Origin: Desulfobacterales bacterium
GTDB taxonomy: Bacteria; Desulfobacterota; Desulfobacteria; Desulfobacterales; JAHDSC01
Assembly: GCA_016931455.1 (NCBI GenBank)
Contig: JAFGES010000095.1
Coordinates: 12,487 to 76,486, forward strand
DNA length: 64,000 nt
Direction: 5' to 3'
Shown here: in pieces, positions 48,382-59,197 of the stretch
Numbering within the stretch: the first letter of the stretch is position 1
Layout of the letters: each line of letters starts with the position of its first letter
Made by a program: the position numbers and the translations under genes
The notes under the pieces: generated by a model
The model's input: the letters and a program-made list of their open reading frames with translations, nothing else
What the model was told of the DNA's origin: nothing
Database searches by the model: none

Positions 48382-48410
48382 TTGACAGCCATGTTTAATT
48401 CTGATAAATA
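48382..48410 (+). promoter_or_regulatory. Candidate sigma70-type promoter upstream of psd-pssA
   Basis: Tandem TTGACATTGACA (48376-48387). A 17-nt spacer separates it from TAAATA (48405-48410). Confidence 0.3.
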
Positions 48411-48485
48411 TTTAAGAATTTTAGTATGAATTTGTGTTTCTTAGAGCTTCATTTAATTTGATTAAATATTAATAGGACAATTTGA

Positions 48486-49157
48486 ATGCATAAGTTTTCT
48501 TGGCCCGACATACCGAGTCAGGTATCTTTTCCAGTAGCAAAAGCCGGATATCCGTTGATATTTACTTTTGCCTTTATAACAGCTGTATTTGCACTTTTGC
48601 AGTTTAAAATTCTAACCCTGATTACACTTTCAACGACCTTATTTATATGCTATTTTTTCAGAGATCCGGATCGTGTGGTTCCAAATGCGGAAGCGGCAAT
48701 AGTATCGCCAGCAGATGGCAAGGTGGTTGCGACGGAGAAGTTGGAAAGCAGTTCTTTTTATGAAGGCCCCTGTAGAAAAATAAGTATTTTTATGTCGGTG
48801 TTTAATGTCCATGTCAATCGAATTCCCCATGAGGGACGCGTTACAGGAATCAGTTATCACCCGGGAAAGTTTTTTTCCGCCAACCTGGATAAAGCATCTG
48901 CGTCGAATGAGCGCAATGCGGTTTTTCTCGAAACGGCAGAAGGAAAAAAAATCTGTGTGGTCCAGATTGCCGGCTTGATTGCAAGGCGAATTATCTGTAA
49001 GGTGCAGGCAGGTGACATGGTTATTCGTGGACAGAGATTCGGCATGATCTGTTTCGGATCACGCCTCGATGTGTATCTTCCGGTGAATTCAAAAATTTAT
49101 GTATCGGTTGGAGATAAAGTCAAAGCAGGCACTTCTGTTTTGGGAGATTTGACATGA
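48486..49157 (+). CDS. psd: Phosphatidylserine decarboxylase (short form proenzyme)
   Basis: N-terminal membrane anchor, FGSRLDVYLP self-cleavage-type motif, 4-nt overlap with pssA. Confidence 0.8.
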   Translation: MHKFSWPDIPSQVSFPVAKAGYPLIFTFAFITAVFALLQFKILTLITLSTTLFICYFFRDPDRVVPNAEAAIVSPADGKVVATEKLESSSFYEGPCRKISIFMSVFNVHVNRIPHEGRVTGISYHPGKFFSANLDKASASNERNAVFLETAEGKKICVVQIAGLIARRIICKVQAGDMVIRGQRFGMICFGSRLDVYLPVNSKIYVSVGDKVKAGTSVLGDLT

Positions 49158-49939
49158 AAAGAAAACAACAATATGAAAAAAAGAGGCTGCGTCGCGGGAT
49201 TTATATTTTGCCGAATATATTTACTTCGCTTAATATTTTTTGCGGTTTCTATTCAGTTATATCTTCCATAGAAGGCAAATTTACTAGTGCGGCGATATCA
49301 ATTTTAGTTGCAGTACTGTTCGATGTGCTGGACGGTAAAATTGCAAGAGCAACCCGCACGACCAGTAAATTCGGTGTTGAATACGATAGCTTGGCAGATC
49401 TTATTTCTTTTGGGCTTGCTCCGGGTTTGATGATGTATTTGTGGGCCCTTAAGCCGCTCGGAAGATTAGGTTGGTTGGCTGCGTTCCTCTTCATGGCCTG
49501 TGGCGCTTTACGGTTGGCACGTTTTAACACTCAGGTGGGCTCGATCAGTAGCGATTACTTTATTGGTCTGCCGATACCCGCCGGGGCCGGTATGAATGCA
49601 ACGACTGTTTTGCTTTACCATCGGTTTAGTATCGGGGGGGATATCTATCCGGCTTTAATTCTGATTATGCTTTATATCCTTTCATTTTTAATGGTAAGTA
49701 CTGTAAAATATAATAGTTTCAAGAAACCGGAATTGTTTCGAAAGATGAATTTCAATGTTCTTGTTGCAGCTGTTCTGATTTTGATTTTTATTGCCGCACA
49801 GCCGCCTATCGCCTTGTTTGTTTTAGGATCAGCCTATATTGTTTCAGGTCCCATCAACACCATCCGGCTACATAAAATTATAAGGCAAGAAGAAACAGAA
49901 ACCCGCGAAATAAACGAGCATAGATCAAGTCCTATTTAA
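49154..49939 (+). CDS. pssA: CDP-diacylglycerol--serine O-phosphatidyltransferase
   Basis: CDP-alcohol phosphatidyltransferase motif (DVLDGKIARATRTTSKFGVEYDSLADLISF). Confidence 0.85.
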   Translation: MKRKQQYEKKRLRRGIYILPNIFTSLNIFCGFYSVISSIEGKFTSAAISILVAVLFDVLDGKIARATRTTSKFGVEYDSLADLISFGLAPGLMMYLWALKPLGRLGWLAAFLFMACGALRLARFNTQVGSISSDYFIGLPIPAGAGMNATTVLLYHRFSIGGDIYPALILIMLYILSFLMVSTVKYNSFKKPELFRKMNFNVLVAAVLILIFIAAQPPIALFVLGSAYIVSGPINTIRLHKIIRQEETETREINEHRSSPI

Positions 49940-50122
49940 ATATAAAATAAATTCTTATTCATTTGATGGGATAATTCATATTTTTTCACCTCATTCGTAC
50001 ATGATTCACTATTGAGAATGAATCCTTTCATCGGTGAATAATTTCAATTTCTTGTATTTTTTTACTTAAGCCAGTTTAAATTGTTGCGAAGGGATCATAA
50101 GAGGCAAAGGGAGAGAGTGATT

Positions 50123-51145
50123 ATGCCTGAAAAGAAATTTAATGTTGCGGTTGCCGGTGCGACGGGAGCTGTCGGAAATCAGATGATCGCATGCCTGGAA
50201 GAAAGGGAGTTTCCGGTTAAATCTATTAAACTTTTGGCTTCTCATCGTTCAGCTGGACGAAAGCAGCGTTTCAAAGGGGATTGGGTTGTTGTCGAAAATT
50301 TAAAAGAAAGCTCTTTTAATGGTGTCGACATCGCCATTTTTTCAGCCGGGGGTGATGCTAGTAAAAAATATGCACCTTTTGCCGCAAAGGCTGGATGTGT
50401 GGTTGTTGACAATTCAAGTGCGTGGCGGATGGATCCGGAGGTGCCCTTGGTTGTTCCGGAAGTAAACCCGCATGCAGTTGCCGACTATACAAATAAAGGA
50501 ATTATTGCGAATCCGAATTGCTCTACCATACAGATGGTGGTTCCGTTGAAACCCATTTATGATAAATATGGTATCAAGCGTATTATAGTTTCAACCTACC
50601 AGGCCGTATCCGGAACCGGTATAAAAGCGATGGATGAGCTTTCCGATCAGACACGCTGCCTGATTCATTCCGAGAAATGTAAGATAAATGTATATCCGCA
50701 TCAAATCGCATTTAACTGTTTACCGCATATTGATGTATTTTTGGATAACGGATATACCAAAGAAGAAATGAAGATGGTCAATGAGACGAAAAAAATTCTT
50801 GAAGACGATAGTATTGGAGTGACGGCAACAACGGTTCGTGTACCCGTCTTTATCGGCCATTCCGAATCAATTAATATCGAGACAAAAAAACATGTAACGG
50901 CAGATGAAGTGAGAGTGCTGCTGGAGACCGCAGCCGGTGTTAAGGTAGTGGATAATCCAAAAGAAAATATTTATCCGCTTGCCATTGATGCGGCGGGTCA
51001 GGACTTGACATTTGTGGGCCGTATTCGAGAAGATGAATCGATTCCAAACGGTATCAATATGTGGGTTGTGGCTGATAATATCCGGAAAGGGGCTGCCACC
51101 AACGCTGTCCAGATAGCTGAGATTCTGGCAAAGGAATACTTATGA
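50123..51145 (+). CDS. asd: Aspartate-semialdehyde dehydrogenase
   Basis: VAVAGATGAVG, NPNCSTI (catalytic Cys). GGGAGAGAG lies upstream of the ATG at 50123. Confidence 0.9.
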   Translation: MPEKKFNVAVAGATGAVGNQMIACLEEREFPVKSIKLLASHRSAGRKQRFKGDWVVVENLKESSFNGVDIAIFSAGGDASKKYAPFAAKAGCVVVDNSSAWRMDPEVPLVVPEVNPHAVADYTNKGIIANPNCSTIQMVVPLKPIYDKYGIKRIIVSTYQAVSGTGIKAMDELSDQTRCLIHSEKCKINVYPHQIAFNCLPHIDVFLDNGYTKEEMKMVNETKKILEDDSIGVTATTVRVPVFIGHSESINIETKKHVTADEVRVLLETAAGVKVVDNPKENIYPLAIDAAGQDLTFVGRIREDESIPNGINMWVVADNIRKGAATNAVQIAEILAKEYL

Positions 51146-51195
51146 ATATATTTTTGACCATAAGTCGGCTAAATTAAGATATCAGGAGTATAAAT

Positions 51196-51663
51196 TTGGA
51201 GCGAGTACCAATTACCAAAGATGGTTATGAAAAACTAAAAAGCGAACTTGCTTATTTAAAGTCAGTTGAACGACCTCAAAATATCAAAGCAATAGAAGAG
51301 GCACGTGCCCATGGTGACCTTTCGGAAAATGCCGAGTTCGAAGCGGCCAAAGATCGGCAGGGCTTTATTGAAATGCGGATCAGTGAGTTGGAATACAAAC
51401 TGGCCAATGCCGATATCATTGATACGGATGAACTTCCCAAGGATCGGGTTGTATTTGGCTGTAGAGTTGCGCTTGAAAATTTAGATAATTCAAAATCTGT
51501 AAAATATCAGCTTGTGGGACCCGATGAATCGGATATTGAGCAAGGCCGCATTTCTGTAACCTCGCCCCTTGGTAAAGCAATTCTAGGCAAAAAAACAGGC
51601 GACGAGATTGTTCTGCAGGCCCCAGGCGGCAAAAGATGCTATGAGCTGGTGGAAATATTGTAA
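51196..51663 (+). CDS. greA: Transcription elongation factor GreA
   Basis: PITKDGYEKLKSEL...HGDLSENAEFEAAK. TTG start. Confidence 0.9.
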   Translation: MERVPITKDGYEKLKSELAYLKSVERPQNIKAIEEARAHGDLSENAEFEAAKDRQGFIEMRISELEYKLANADIIDTDELPKDRVVFGCRVALENLDNSKSVKYQLVGPDESDIEQGRISVTSPLGKAILGKKTGDEIVLQAPGGKRCYELVEIL

Positions 51664-51732
51664 TTAAGAGGACTTAATCAAGCAAGTAGAGCTGATTAAG
51701 CTAATCCTAAAAAGTATGATGGAGGTTTTGCC

Positions 51733-51954
51733 TTGGCACGAATTACAGTAGAAGATTGCCTGAAACGGGTGCATAACCGTTTTTTGCTAGTTCACATGGC
51801 AGCAAAGCGTGTTAGACAAATTCGCGAGGGGTCTGAATATTTGGTAAGTTCACCTAAAAATGAGGATATTGTTGTTGCCCTGCGAGAGATCGCTGCAGGT
51901 AAGATAACTGCTATCCAAAACGAAAAGAAAGAGAAAACAAAAGAAAAAGAATAA
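51733..51954 (+). CDS. rpoZ: RNA polymerase omega subunit
   Basis: MARITVEDCL...NRFLLVHMAAKRVRQI. TTG start with GGAGG upstream. Confidence 0.85.
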   Translation: MARITVEDCLKRVHNRFLLVHMAAKRVRQIREGSEYLVSSPKNEDIVVALREIAAGKITAIQNEKKEKTKEKE

Positions 51955-51972
51955 GAGACCGATAAAATTTGT

Positions 51973-52704
51973 TTGCCGAAATACAGTAATACATATAAAC
52001 AGCTGAATAAAGCTGTGGGCAAGGCCATGCACCGTTATGATATGATTTCTGACGGTGATCGAATTGTGGTCGGCCTTTCAGGCGGTAAAGATAGCCTTAC
52101 CCTAATGTGGATGTTAAAGGAACGTCAGACCCGTATTCCCATTAAATATGATATTTTTGCTATTTATTTAGATCCCGGTTTTGAGGGAGGATTCAGTGGG
52201 GCCCTGCAACGTTATTGCGAAAAAATGGGGTATAATCTCCGGGTTGAAGAAACCAATTATGGAGTTTTAGGGCATAATCCTCAAAATCGGGAAAATCCCT
52301 GCTTTCTATGTTCACGGCTAAGGAGAAAACGGTTTTTTGAGATTGCAGCTGAACTTGGATGTAATAAACTGGCTCTCGGGCATAACAAGGATGATATCAT
52401 TGAGACTTTGTTTTTAAATATTTGTTATGCCGGAGAAATCAGTACCATGCTGCCGGCCCAGTCTTTTTTCCAGGAAAGGTTCACTATCATAAGACCTTTA
52501 GCTTTTGCAGATGAGAGTTTGATCCAACGTTTTGCAAAAAATGAGGGTTTCCCAAGATTTATCAATCCCTGCCCAACCGCAAAAGTTTCTAAGCGAAAAG
52601 AAATTAAGATCCTTCTCCAAAATCTTTATAATAGTAATAGAAAAGTTAAAGGAAATATTTTCAAGGCAATGAGCCATGTGAAAACGGATTATCTGTTAAA
52701 ATAG
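51973..52704 (+). CDS. ttcA: TtcA-family tRNA 2-thiocytidine biosynthesis PP-loop ATPase
   Basis: PP-loop SGGKDS, CFLCSRLRR cysteine motif, NPC. Confidence 0.8.
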   Translation: MPKYSNTYKQLNKAVGKAMHRYDMISDGDRIVVGLSGGKDSLTLMWMLKERQTRIPIKYDIFAIYLDPGFEGGFSGALQRYCEKMGYNLRVEETNYGVLGHNPQNRENPCFLCSRLRRKRFFEIAAELGCNKLALGHNKDDIIETLFLNICYAGEISTMLPAQSFFQERFTIIRPLAFADESLIQRFAKNEGFPRFINPCPTAKVSKRKEIKILLQNLYNSNRKVKGNIFKAMSHVKTDYLLK

Positions 52705-52773
52705 ATAATTGGCATTCAATTAATAAAATCTAAACAAAAAATAAATTATATTAAGATTTTATTCATAAGAAAT

Positions 52774-53565
52774 ATGAAAGATATTCAGAATCAACGCGAT
52801 TATCGCAATATGCCGATTAATAAGGTCGGTATCAAAAATCTGCGCTATCCTATAACAGTTCTTGACCGCCGGAACGGTTTTCAGCATACGGTGGCCTCAA
52901 TAAATATGTATGTGGATTTACCCCATAAATACAAAGGGACACACATGAGCCGATTTGTGGAAATGCTGCATACATTTCGTTTTGAGTTGTCACTGAAAAA
53001 GTTTTCTGCGATTCTAGATCAGATGAAAAAGCATTTAAATGCTGCTTCAGCCCATATTGAAGTTATTTTTCCCTATTTTATCGAAAAGAGATCACCGGTA
53101 AGCAACTCTCCGGGACTTATGGATTATACTTGCCGGATAATCGGATCAAGTAATGCGGATGGTAAGGTCGATCTTATATCGGAGGTCATTGTTCCGATTT
53201 CTTCAGTTTGCCCATGCTCAAAAGAAATAAGCGATGCGGGCGCCCATAACCAGCGCGGAGAAGTTCGGATGCGTACCCGGTTTAAAAAATTTATATGGAT
53301 AGAAGATATGATTGACCTGGTAGAGAGTGCGGCGTCATGTGAAGTCTATTCGGTCTTAAAACGGATTGATGAGAAACATGTTACCGAGAAGGCATTCAGT
53401 AATCCCAAATTTGTTGAGGATATTGTCCGGGATATCGCCAACAAACTAAAAAATGATAAAAATATAACCTGGTTTGCTGTCAGTGCGGAAAATTTCGAGT
53501 CGATCCATAACCATAATGCCTATGCATACATCACGAGTGGATCAGAAGAAGAATTTTATCTATAA
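52774..53565 (+). CDS. folE2: GTP cyclohydrolase I type 2 (FolE2/MptA family)
   Basis: NMPINKVGIKNLRYPI, MYVDLPHKYKGTHMSRF, CPCSKEIS. Confidence 0.8.
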   Translation: MKDIQNQRDYRNMPINKVGIKNLRYPITVLDRRNGFQHTVASINMYVDLPHKYKGTHMSRFVEMLHTFRFELSLKKFSAILDQMKKHLNAASAHIEVIFPYFIEKRSPVSNSPGLMDYTCRIIGSSNADGKVDLISEVIVPISSVCPCSKEISDAGAHNQRGEVRMRTRFKKFIWIEDMIDLVESAASCEVYSVLKRIDEKHVTEKAFSNPKFVEDIVRDIANKLKNDKNITWFAVSAENFESIHNHNAYAYITSGSEEEFYL

Positions 53566-54748
53566 TTTGTTTTGTGTTTTTAGAAGCGGAATTGATAAGC
53601 AGGACAAAGCGATTCAATTCACCTCTTCCATTTTTGATATAACCGACCCGGGTTGTTATGCCTTTAAGGGTTCCTGTTTTAAAAAATTCATTTCCCATTC
53701 GGCGCATCAGTAGATGGTAAGGTTCAAATGCTGCGAGGATCTGATGCATGGCGTTTGCTGAAATCCGATTCGCTCTCGATATTCCGGAACCTTCCACAAA
53801 GCGGATATCTTGCAAATTAAGAACATTTTGGGCGTAGCTTAAGGCAGCGCGAACACCTTTGTCTAAAGTTGCGGGAGGACCGTAGACTTTTGCGCCTGCG
53901 GCAATCAATAGTTGGTTGGCCATAAAGTTGTTTGAATATTCAAGAAGTTTGGAGATAACCTGTGGTAACGAAAACTTGGAATGATAAGTAAAAATGAGGG
54001 TATCGTTTTCTTCTTGGATTCTACCGATTAATACCTTGCCATTTGAATGTAGACCTTCTTGTTGTAAAAAATATTTTAAAAGATAGCCGGTATATAATGT
54101 AATTTCGTTTTTCTGGTGAGAAAGGACGATTCTGCCCTGATTCAGGCTAGATTTCGTAATTCGGTCGAGTGAAAATGACAGCAGCGGTGTTTGGTCTTCA
54201 GCGCTAATGTAGGTCCCGTTGCTTTTAAGCTTAAAAAAAATCGTATTGAAATTGGTACACAGGGCGCCATTGGGGGCATCATAGGGTTCGAATGACGAGG
54301 TGATACCGGGAATTTTTAAAGGGTTTTCAAAATATGAATCATCTAAAATCAGATCCCTGAATTTATTAACCTTTAAGCTTAAGGTCTTGGCGATTTTCGG
54401 TAAAATCTCGGAAATAAAAAGAGGATCGCCATATCCTTTTACTTTTAGGTTTGAGTCCTTATCGATATAAAATTCGGTTGCAAAACGATATTCCGGTCCC
54501 AGATAATGCATAGCGACCAGAGCGGTTAAGATTTTTAAAGTTGAAGCCGGGATGAGCTTCTTATCAGCGTTTTTGGAAATGAGGGTCCGGCCGCGTGAAT
54601 CTGTAACCAGAACAGCATCCCGACTTCCGATAAGATTATCGATATCCTTTATTCTTGCTGCCTGAAGAGGTTGAAGCGTTCCAACACTAAATAGGCAAAA
54701 AAATATTAAGCTTTTATAAGTATAATTTTTCATTCCTATCTGCTTCAA
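53531..54748 (-). CDS. PBP4-like D-alanyl-D-alanine carboxypeptidase/endopeptidase (S13 family)
   Basis: Signal peptide, SxxK motif (PASTLKILTA), SNN-like YSNNFMAN, KTGT (FKTGTL). The start could be the second Met at 54733. Confidence 0.65.
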   Translation of the reverse strand: MKQIGMKNYTYKSLIFFCLFSVGTLQPLQAARIKDIDNLIGSRDAVLVTDSRGRTLISKNADKKLIPASTLKILTALVAMHYLGPEYRFATEFYIDKDSNLKVKGYGDPLFISEILPKIAKTLSLKVNKFRDLILDDSYFENPLKIPGITSSFEPYDAPNGALCTNFNTIFFKLKSNGTYISAEDQTPLLSFSLDRITKSSLNQGRIVLSHQKNEITLYTGYLLKYFLQQEGLHSNGKVLIGRIQEENDTLIFTYHSKFSLPQVISKLLEYSNNFMANQLLIAAGAKVYGPPATLDKGVRAALSYAQNVLNLQDIRFVEGSGISRANRISANAMHQILAAFEPYHLLMRRMGNEFFKTGTLKGITTRVGYIKNGRGELNRFVLLINSASKNTKQIIDKILLLIHS

Positions 54749-56156
54749 AAAAGGCTTTGTAAGCCTTATAGGTCATGAAAAGATCTGCTTTACTGGAAAT
54801 TTCAAAAGGCGAATGCATTGAAAGAATTGCTGTGCCGCAGTCTATGATTTCCATACCATAGACAGCCAGAAATTTGGCGATGGTGCCGCCACCGCCTTGA
54901 TCGACTTTGCCTAGTTCGCCTGTCTGCCAAACTACATTGTTTTCATTGAAAATTCTGCGTATCATGCCGACGTATTCTGCGCTGGCATCACTAGAGCCGG
55001 ATTTTCCACCGGAGCCGGTAAATTTGGTAATACAGACACCATATCCTAGACGGGCGGCGTTCCGTTTCTCATGGACGTCTTGGTAATCCGGATCAAGAGC
55101 ACCATTAACATCGGCAGAAATAGCCACGGAATTCATTAGTGTTTTGCGCAGAGCATTTCCAGTGTCTTTGGTGCCGGTTGCGTCGATCAATTCAGCGATG
55201 AATTCTTCTAAAAATCGAGATTTTGCGCCGGTATTGCCTTCACTTCCGATTTCTTCTTTATCAAAAAAGAAGGCGACTGCTGTTTTTTCTGTTTCAGATA
55301 ATGCTAAAATCGATTCAAGAGCTGCGAAAGCGCATATTCGGTCATCTTGACCGTAGGCTCCGATTAGACTGCGATCTAAACCGATATCACGGGCTTTTCC
55401 GGCAGGTACAATTTCGATTTCGGCACTGGTAAAGTCTTCCTCGACAATTCCATATTTTTCATTGAGATATTTCAAAATATTTAGTTTGAAACGGTCATCT
55501 GCTTTGTCTTTGTTGATAGGCATACTGCCGATCAATACATTGAGCTTTTCGCCTTCAAAGACTTCTGACAGCTTTTTATCTTCTTGCAGCTTTCGAGCTA
55601 GATGGGGAAGTAGATCGGCAACTGTAAAAACCGGATCGTTTTCTGTTTCACCGATTTGAATATCAATGGGACTGCCGTCTTTTTTGATGATTTTACCATG
55701 AATGGCAAGGGGTCTTGCAAGCCAGTGATACTTGCGTATTCCACCATAATAATGGGTTTTTAAAAACGCTAAATCGACTTCCTCATAAAGAGGATTCTGT
55801 TTGATATCTAATCGAGGGGAATCGATATGCGCGGCGATGATGTTTATACCGGACATCAACGGTTTTTTACCTATAACCGCAAGGGCGATACATTTATTGC
55901 GATGGATTTTATAGAATTTATGGGAACCTGCCGTATCTTTTATATTTTTAAATCCGTTTTTTATTGCTTTATCCAAAATGTTCGAAACGGCCGCCCGTTC
56001 AGTTTTGGCATGATCCAAAAAAAGTTTGTATTGTTCCGCCAATTCAAAAACACTATTTTTATCATTTTCACTGATAACATCCCATACCAGAGAGGGAACG
56101 CGTGCAAGGCGTTTGCGAAGATCATCCATTTCATTTTTATTGATATTATTCTGCAT
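54714..56156 (-). CDS. M18-family aminopeptidase
   Basis: IAAHIDSPRL, DKEEIGSEG, IDCGTAILSMHSP. GAGG lies 7 nt upstream of the ATG at 56156. The ORF-track start is 56174. Confidence 0.75.
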   Translation of the reverse strand: MQNNINKNEMDDLRKRLARVPSLVWDVISENDKNSVFELAEQYKLFLDHAKTERAAVSNILDKAIKNGFKNIKDTAGSHKFYKIHRNKCIALAVIGKKPLMSGINIIAAHIDSPRLDIKQNPLYEEVDLAFLKTHYYGGIRKYHWLARPLAIHGKIIKKDGSPIDIQIGETENDPVFTVADLLPHLARKLQEDKKLSEVFEGEKLNVLIGSMPINKDKADDRFKLNILKYLNEKYGIVEEDFTSAEIEIVPAGKARDIGLDRSLIGAYGQDDRICAFAALESILALSETEKTAVAFFFDKEEIGSEGNTGAKSRFLEEFIAELIDATGTKDTGNALRKTLMNSVAISADVNGALDPDYQDVHEKRNAARLGYGVCITKFTGSGGKSGSSDASAEYVGMIRRIFNENNVVWQTGELGKVDQGGGGTIAKFLAVYGMEIIDCGTAILSMHSPFEISSKADLFMTYKAYKAFFEADRNEKLYL

Positions 56157-56265
56157 TGCTTTACCTCGAATCATTATTCCACTAAGTGGCCTATCTATTG
56201 AGTTTGGAACCTGCTAAACAAAACGTCGCATAACTATTTATGAGTTCGGTTGCATACGATTTAAT

Positions 56266-56706
56266 TTATTTGCTCTCTACAATTAAAGTGACCGGTCCGT
56301 CATTAATTAACATTACATCCATCATCGCACCAAATTGTCCGGTTTGGACTGAGATTCCTTTTTGCTGCACCTGGTTGACAAAATATTCGTAAAGTTCCTT
56401 GGCATGATCCGGCGGTGCAGCTTTTACAAATGAAGGTCGTCTACCTTTAAGGCAATCTCCAAGCAAAGTAAATTGTGACACTACCAGCATCTGTGCCCCA
56501 ATATCAAGCAGAGATCGATTCATCTTGCCGTTATCATCTTCAAAGATACGCAAGCCTGTAATTTTATTTGCTAAATAGTCAGCATTACGTCTGGTGTCTT
56601 CTTGAGCGACGCCTAATAGAACCAGAAGGCCGCTGTTTATTCTACTGATCTGCTTTTTGTCGACCGTCACACTGCTTTCTTTTACTCTTTGTATTACTGC
56701 ACGCAT
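56266..56706 (-). CDS. dtd: D-aminoacyl-tRNA deacylase
   Basis: MRAVIQRV...SQFTL...GRRPSF motifs. The start at 56706 removes the overlap with tex. Confidence 0.9.
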   Translation of the reverse strand: MRAVIQRVKESSVTVDKKQISRINSGLLVLLGVAQEDTRRNADYLANKITGLRIFEDDNGKMNRSLLDIGAQMLVVSQFTLLGDCLKGRRPSFVKAAPPDHAKELYEYFVNQVQQKGISVQTGQFGAMMDVMLINDGPVTLIVESK

Positions 56707-56716
56707 AATTTGATTC

Positions 56717-58960
56717 TTACTTAAAAAGATCTGCAAACGGGTTGTTAAACGGCTTGCTCTTTGTCTTTGACCTTATTGTCTTGGTTTTTTGCGCTGTTGG
56801 TTTTTTTTGATGTTGATCGGATTTGCCGGGAGCTGTTTTCATAGAAAGAGATATTCTGCTTCTTAGCAAATCAACATCGATGACCTTTACCATGACTTTT
56901 TGTTGTACCTTGACAAAATCCGTAGGCTCTTTCACATACGTATCTGATAGTTCGCTGATGTGAACCAGACCGTCTTGATGTACGCCTATATCCACAAAAG
57001 CGCCAAAGGCGGTCACATTGGTAACAATTCCCGGAAGTCGCATGCCGGGCTTAAGATCTTCCATCTTTTCAACACCGTCCGAAAAAGAAAAAAGCTCGAA
57101 GGTTTCACGCGGATCACGGCCGGGTTTAGCCAGTTCTGAAAGGATGTCTTTGAGTGTCGGTAACCCCGTTGTATCTGTAACATATTTGCAAATATCGATT
57201 TTTTCCCTAAGTGTCGGTATGGACATTAAGTCCTTAATATTGCAATTGAGGTCATTGGCCATGGCGTCGACAATGTAATAGCTTTCAGGGTGAACGGCAC
57301 TGGCATCCAATGGATTTTCTCCATCTCGTATCCTCAAAAACCCGGCTGACTGTTCAAATACCTTCGGACCGAGACGCTGAACATTAAACAGCTCCTTTCT
57401 GTTGCTGAAAGGTCCGTTTTCATTCCGGTAGGCTACAATATTCTTGGCAAGTTGAGGCCCCAAACCGGACACATAAGTGAGAAGCTGAACACTTGCTCGA
57501 TTCAGATCAACACCGACTCCGTTTACACAACTGATGACGATATCATCCAATGAATTCTTAAGGTCCGTCTGATCGACATCGTGTTGATATTGACCGACTC
57601 CAATAGATTTTGGATCTATTTTTACCATTTCCGAAAGAGGATCCATCAAACGCCGAGCGATTGATACGGCACCGCGAACGGTGAGATCAAGATCAGGAAA
57701 CTCTTCACGCGCAATCTCTGATGCTGAATAGATCGAAGCACCGCTTTCATTGACTAGAAATACCGGAATATCTCTTGAGAAAGAAAGATTTTTGACAAAT
57801 GTTTCCGTTTCTCTTCCGGCCGTGCCGTTACCGACGGCAATGGCCTCTATCTCATAGCGATCGCATAGCTTTAGGACAACTTCACCTGTTTTAATGTTGT
57901 TTTTTTGGTTCAGATGAAGAAATAGAGTATCATGGTACAGGAGTTTTCCTTGTCTATCCACGCAAACGAGTTTGCAACCGGTTCGGAATCCGGGATCGAT
58001 TCCCATAATTCTTTTGGGTCCCAGAGGCGGAGCCAGCAGGAGTTGGCGCAGGTTGGCGGCAAATACGCGGATCGCTTCACTATCGGCTCTTTGTTTGATT
58101 GATAATCTTAATTCCGTTTCCATGGACCTTGAAAGAAGCCTCTTGTAGCTGTCTTTAATAGCTATTTTGACCTGCTTGGAATCTTGCCCCTCTCCCTTTA
58201 AAAAAAAATCTTCAAGTACTTGGATGGCCTCTTCTTCCGGCGGTGCGATGTTGAGGTTTAAGATGTCTTCCCTTTCTCCACGGCGCATGGCCAATATACG
58301 GTGGGACGGTGCGGATGCAGCCGATTCCATCCAATCAAAATAATCTTTATATTTTGTGCCTTTCGTTTCCACATCAGCGGCAACCCGGCTACGGATCAAG
58401 CCTTTGACAGTGAAAAGATTTCGCAGTTCGGCACGTGCTTGCGGGTCTTCATTGATCATTTCGGCAATGATATCTCTTGCTCCGGATAATGCATCTTCAA
58501 CTGAATTTACTTCTTTGGCGGGGTCAAGGTAAGATTCTGCAGATTGATAGGGATCAATGCCGTTTTGAGTGAAAATAAGCTGGGCGAGTGGCTCTAGACC
58601 CTTGTCCTTGGCTATGGTGGCCTTTGTGCGACGTTTCGGCCGATATGGTAGATAAATATCTTCCAGGACAGCAAGGGTGGGTGCGTTTAGAACTTTTTTT
58701 TGTAATTCATCAGTGAGTCGACCCTGCTGTTGAAGAGATTTCAAAATAGAATCCTTACGCTTATCAAGTTCTTCAAGCTGATTTAACCGGTCTCGGATGG
58801 ATGCTATTTTAACTTCATCTAAGCTGCCGGTGGCTTCCTTTCTATATCGTGCAATAAAAGGAATGGTGGCGCCGTCTTCGAGCAGGGTTGAAACCGCTTG
58901 AACCTGCAATCTTTTAAGATTGAGTTCGGTCGCTATTGCTGATATGTGTAAATTATTCAT
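56717..58960 (-). CDS. tex: Tex-like transcription accessory protein with C-terminal S1 domain
   Basis: Tex N-terminus ([12 protein letters not shown]), YqgF-like and HhH regions, and an S1 domain ([27 protein letters not shown]). Confidence 0.9.
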   Translation of the reverse strand: MNNLHISAIATELNLKRLQVQAVSTLLEDGATIPFIARYRKEATGSLDEVKIASIRDRLNQLEELDKRKDSILKSLQQQGRLTDELQKKVLNAPTLAVLEDIYLPYRPKRRTKATIAKDKGLEPLAQLIFTQNGIDPYQSAESYLDPAKEVNSVEDALSGARDIIAEMINEDPQARAELRNLFTVKGLIRSRVAADVETKGTKYKDYFDWMESAASAPSHRILAMRRGEREDILNLNIAPPEEEAIQVLEDFFLKGEGQDSKQVKIAIKDSYKRLLSRSMETELRLSIKQRADSEAIRVFAANLRQLLLAPPLGPKRIMGIDPGFRTGCKLVCVDRQGKLLYHDTLFLHLNQKNNIKTGEVVLKLCDRYEIEAIAVGNGTAGRETETFVKNLSFSRDIPVFLVNESGASIYSASEIAREEFPDLDLTVRGAVSIARRLMDPLSEMVKIDPKSIGVGQYQHDVDQTDLKNSLDDIVISCVNGVGVDLNRASVQLLTYVSGLGPQLAKNIVAYRNENGPFSNRKELFNVQRLGPKVFEQSAGFLRIRDGENPLDASAVHPESYYIVDAMANDLNCNIKDLMSIPTLREKIDICKYVTDTTGLPTLKDILSELAKPGRDPRETFELFSFSDGVEKMEDLKPGMRLPGIVTNVTAFGAFVDIGVHQDGLVHISELSDTYVKEPTDFVKVQQKVMVKVIDVDLLRSRISLSMKTAPGKSDQHQKKPTAQKTKTIRSKTKSKPFNNPFADLFK

Positions 58961-59197
58961 GATACACCTTAATACGGTTAAGAAATCTTATTGAGCATTT
59001 AGGAAGCTCGGTAACCGGAGCTTAATAGTGGCTAAAATTTTTAAAATATCTTTATTTTAAATTTGGATCAATATATAAATAATAATGTTCATTAAAATTT
59101 TTTTCTGAAACTCTGAACAGTTTACAATCCTGCATTCGTTCTTTGCTACTGAGGTTGGAGCATTTTTAGGTATTCAATGGATCTGAGGAGGTTTAAA

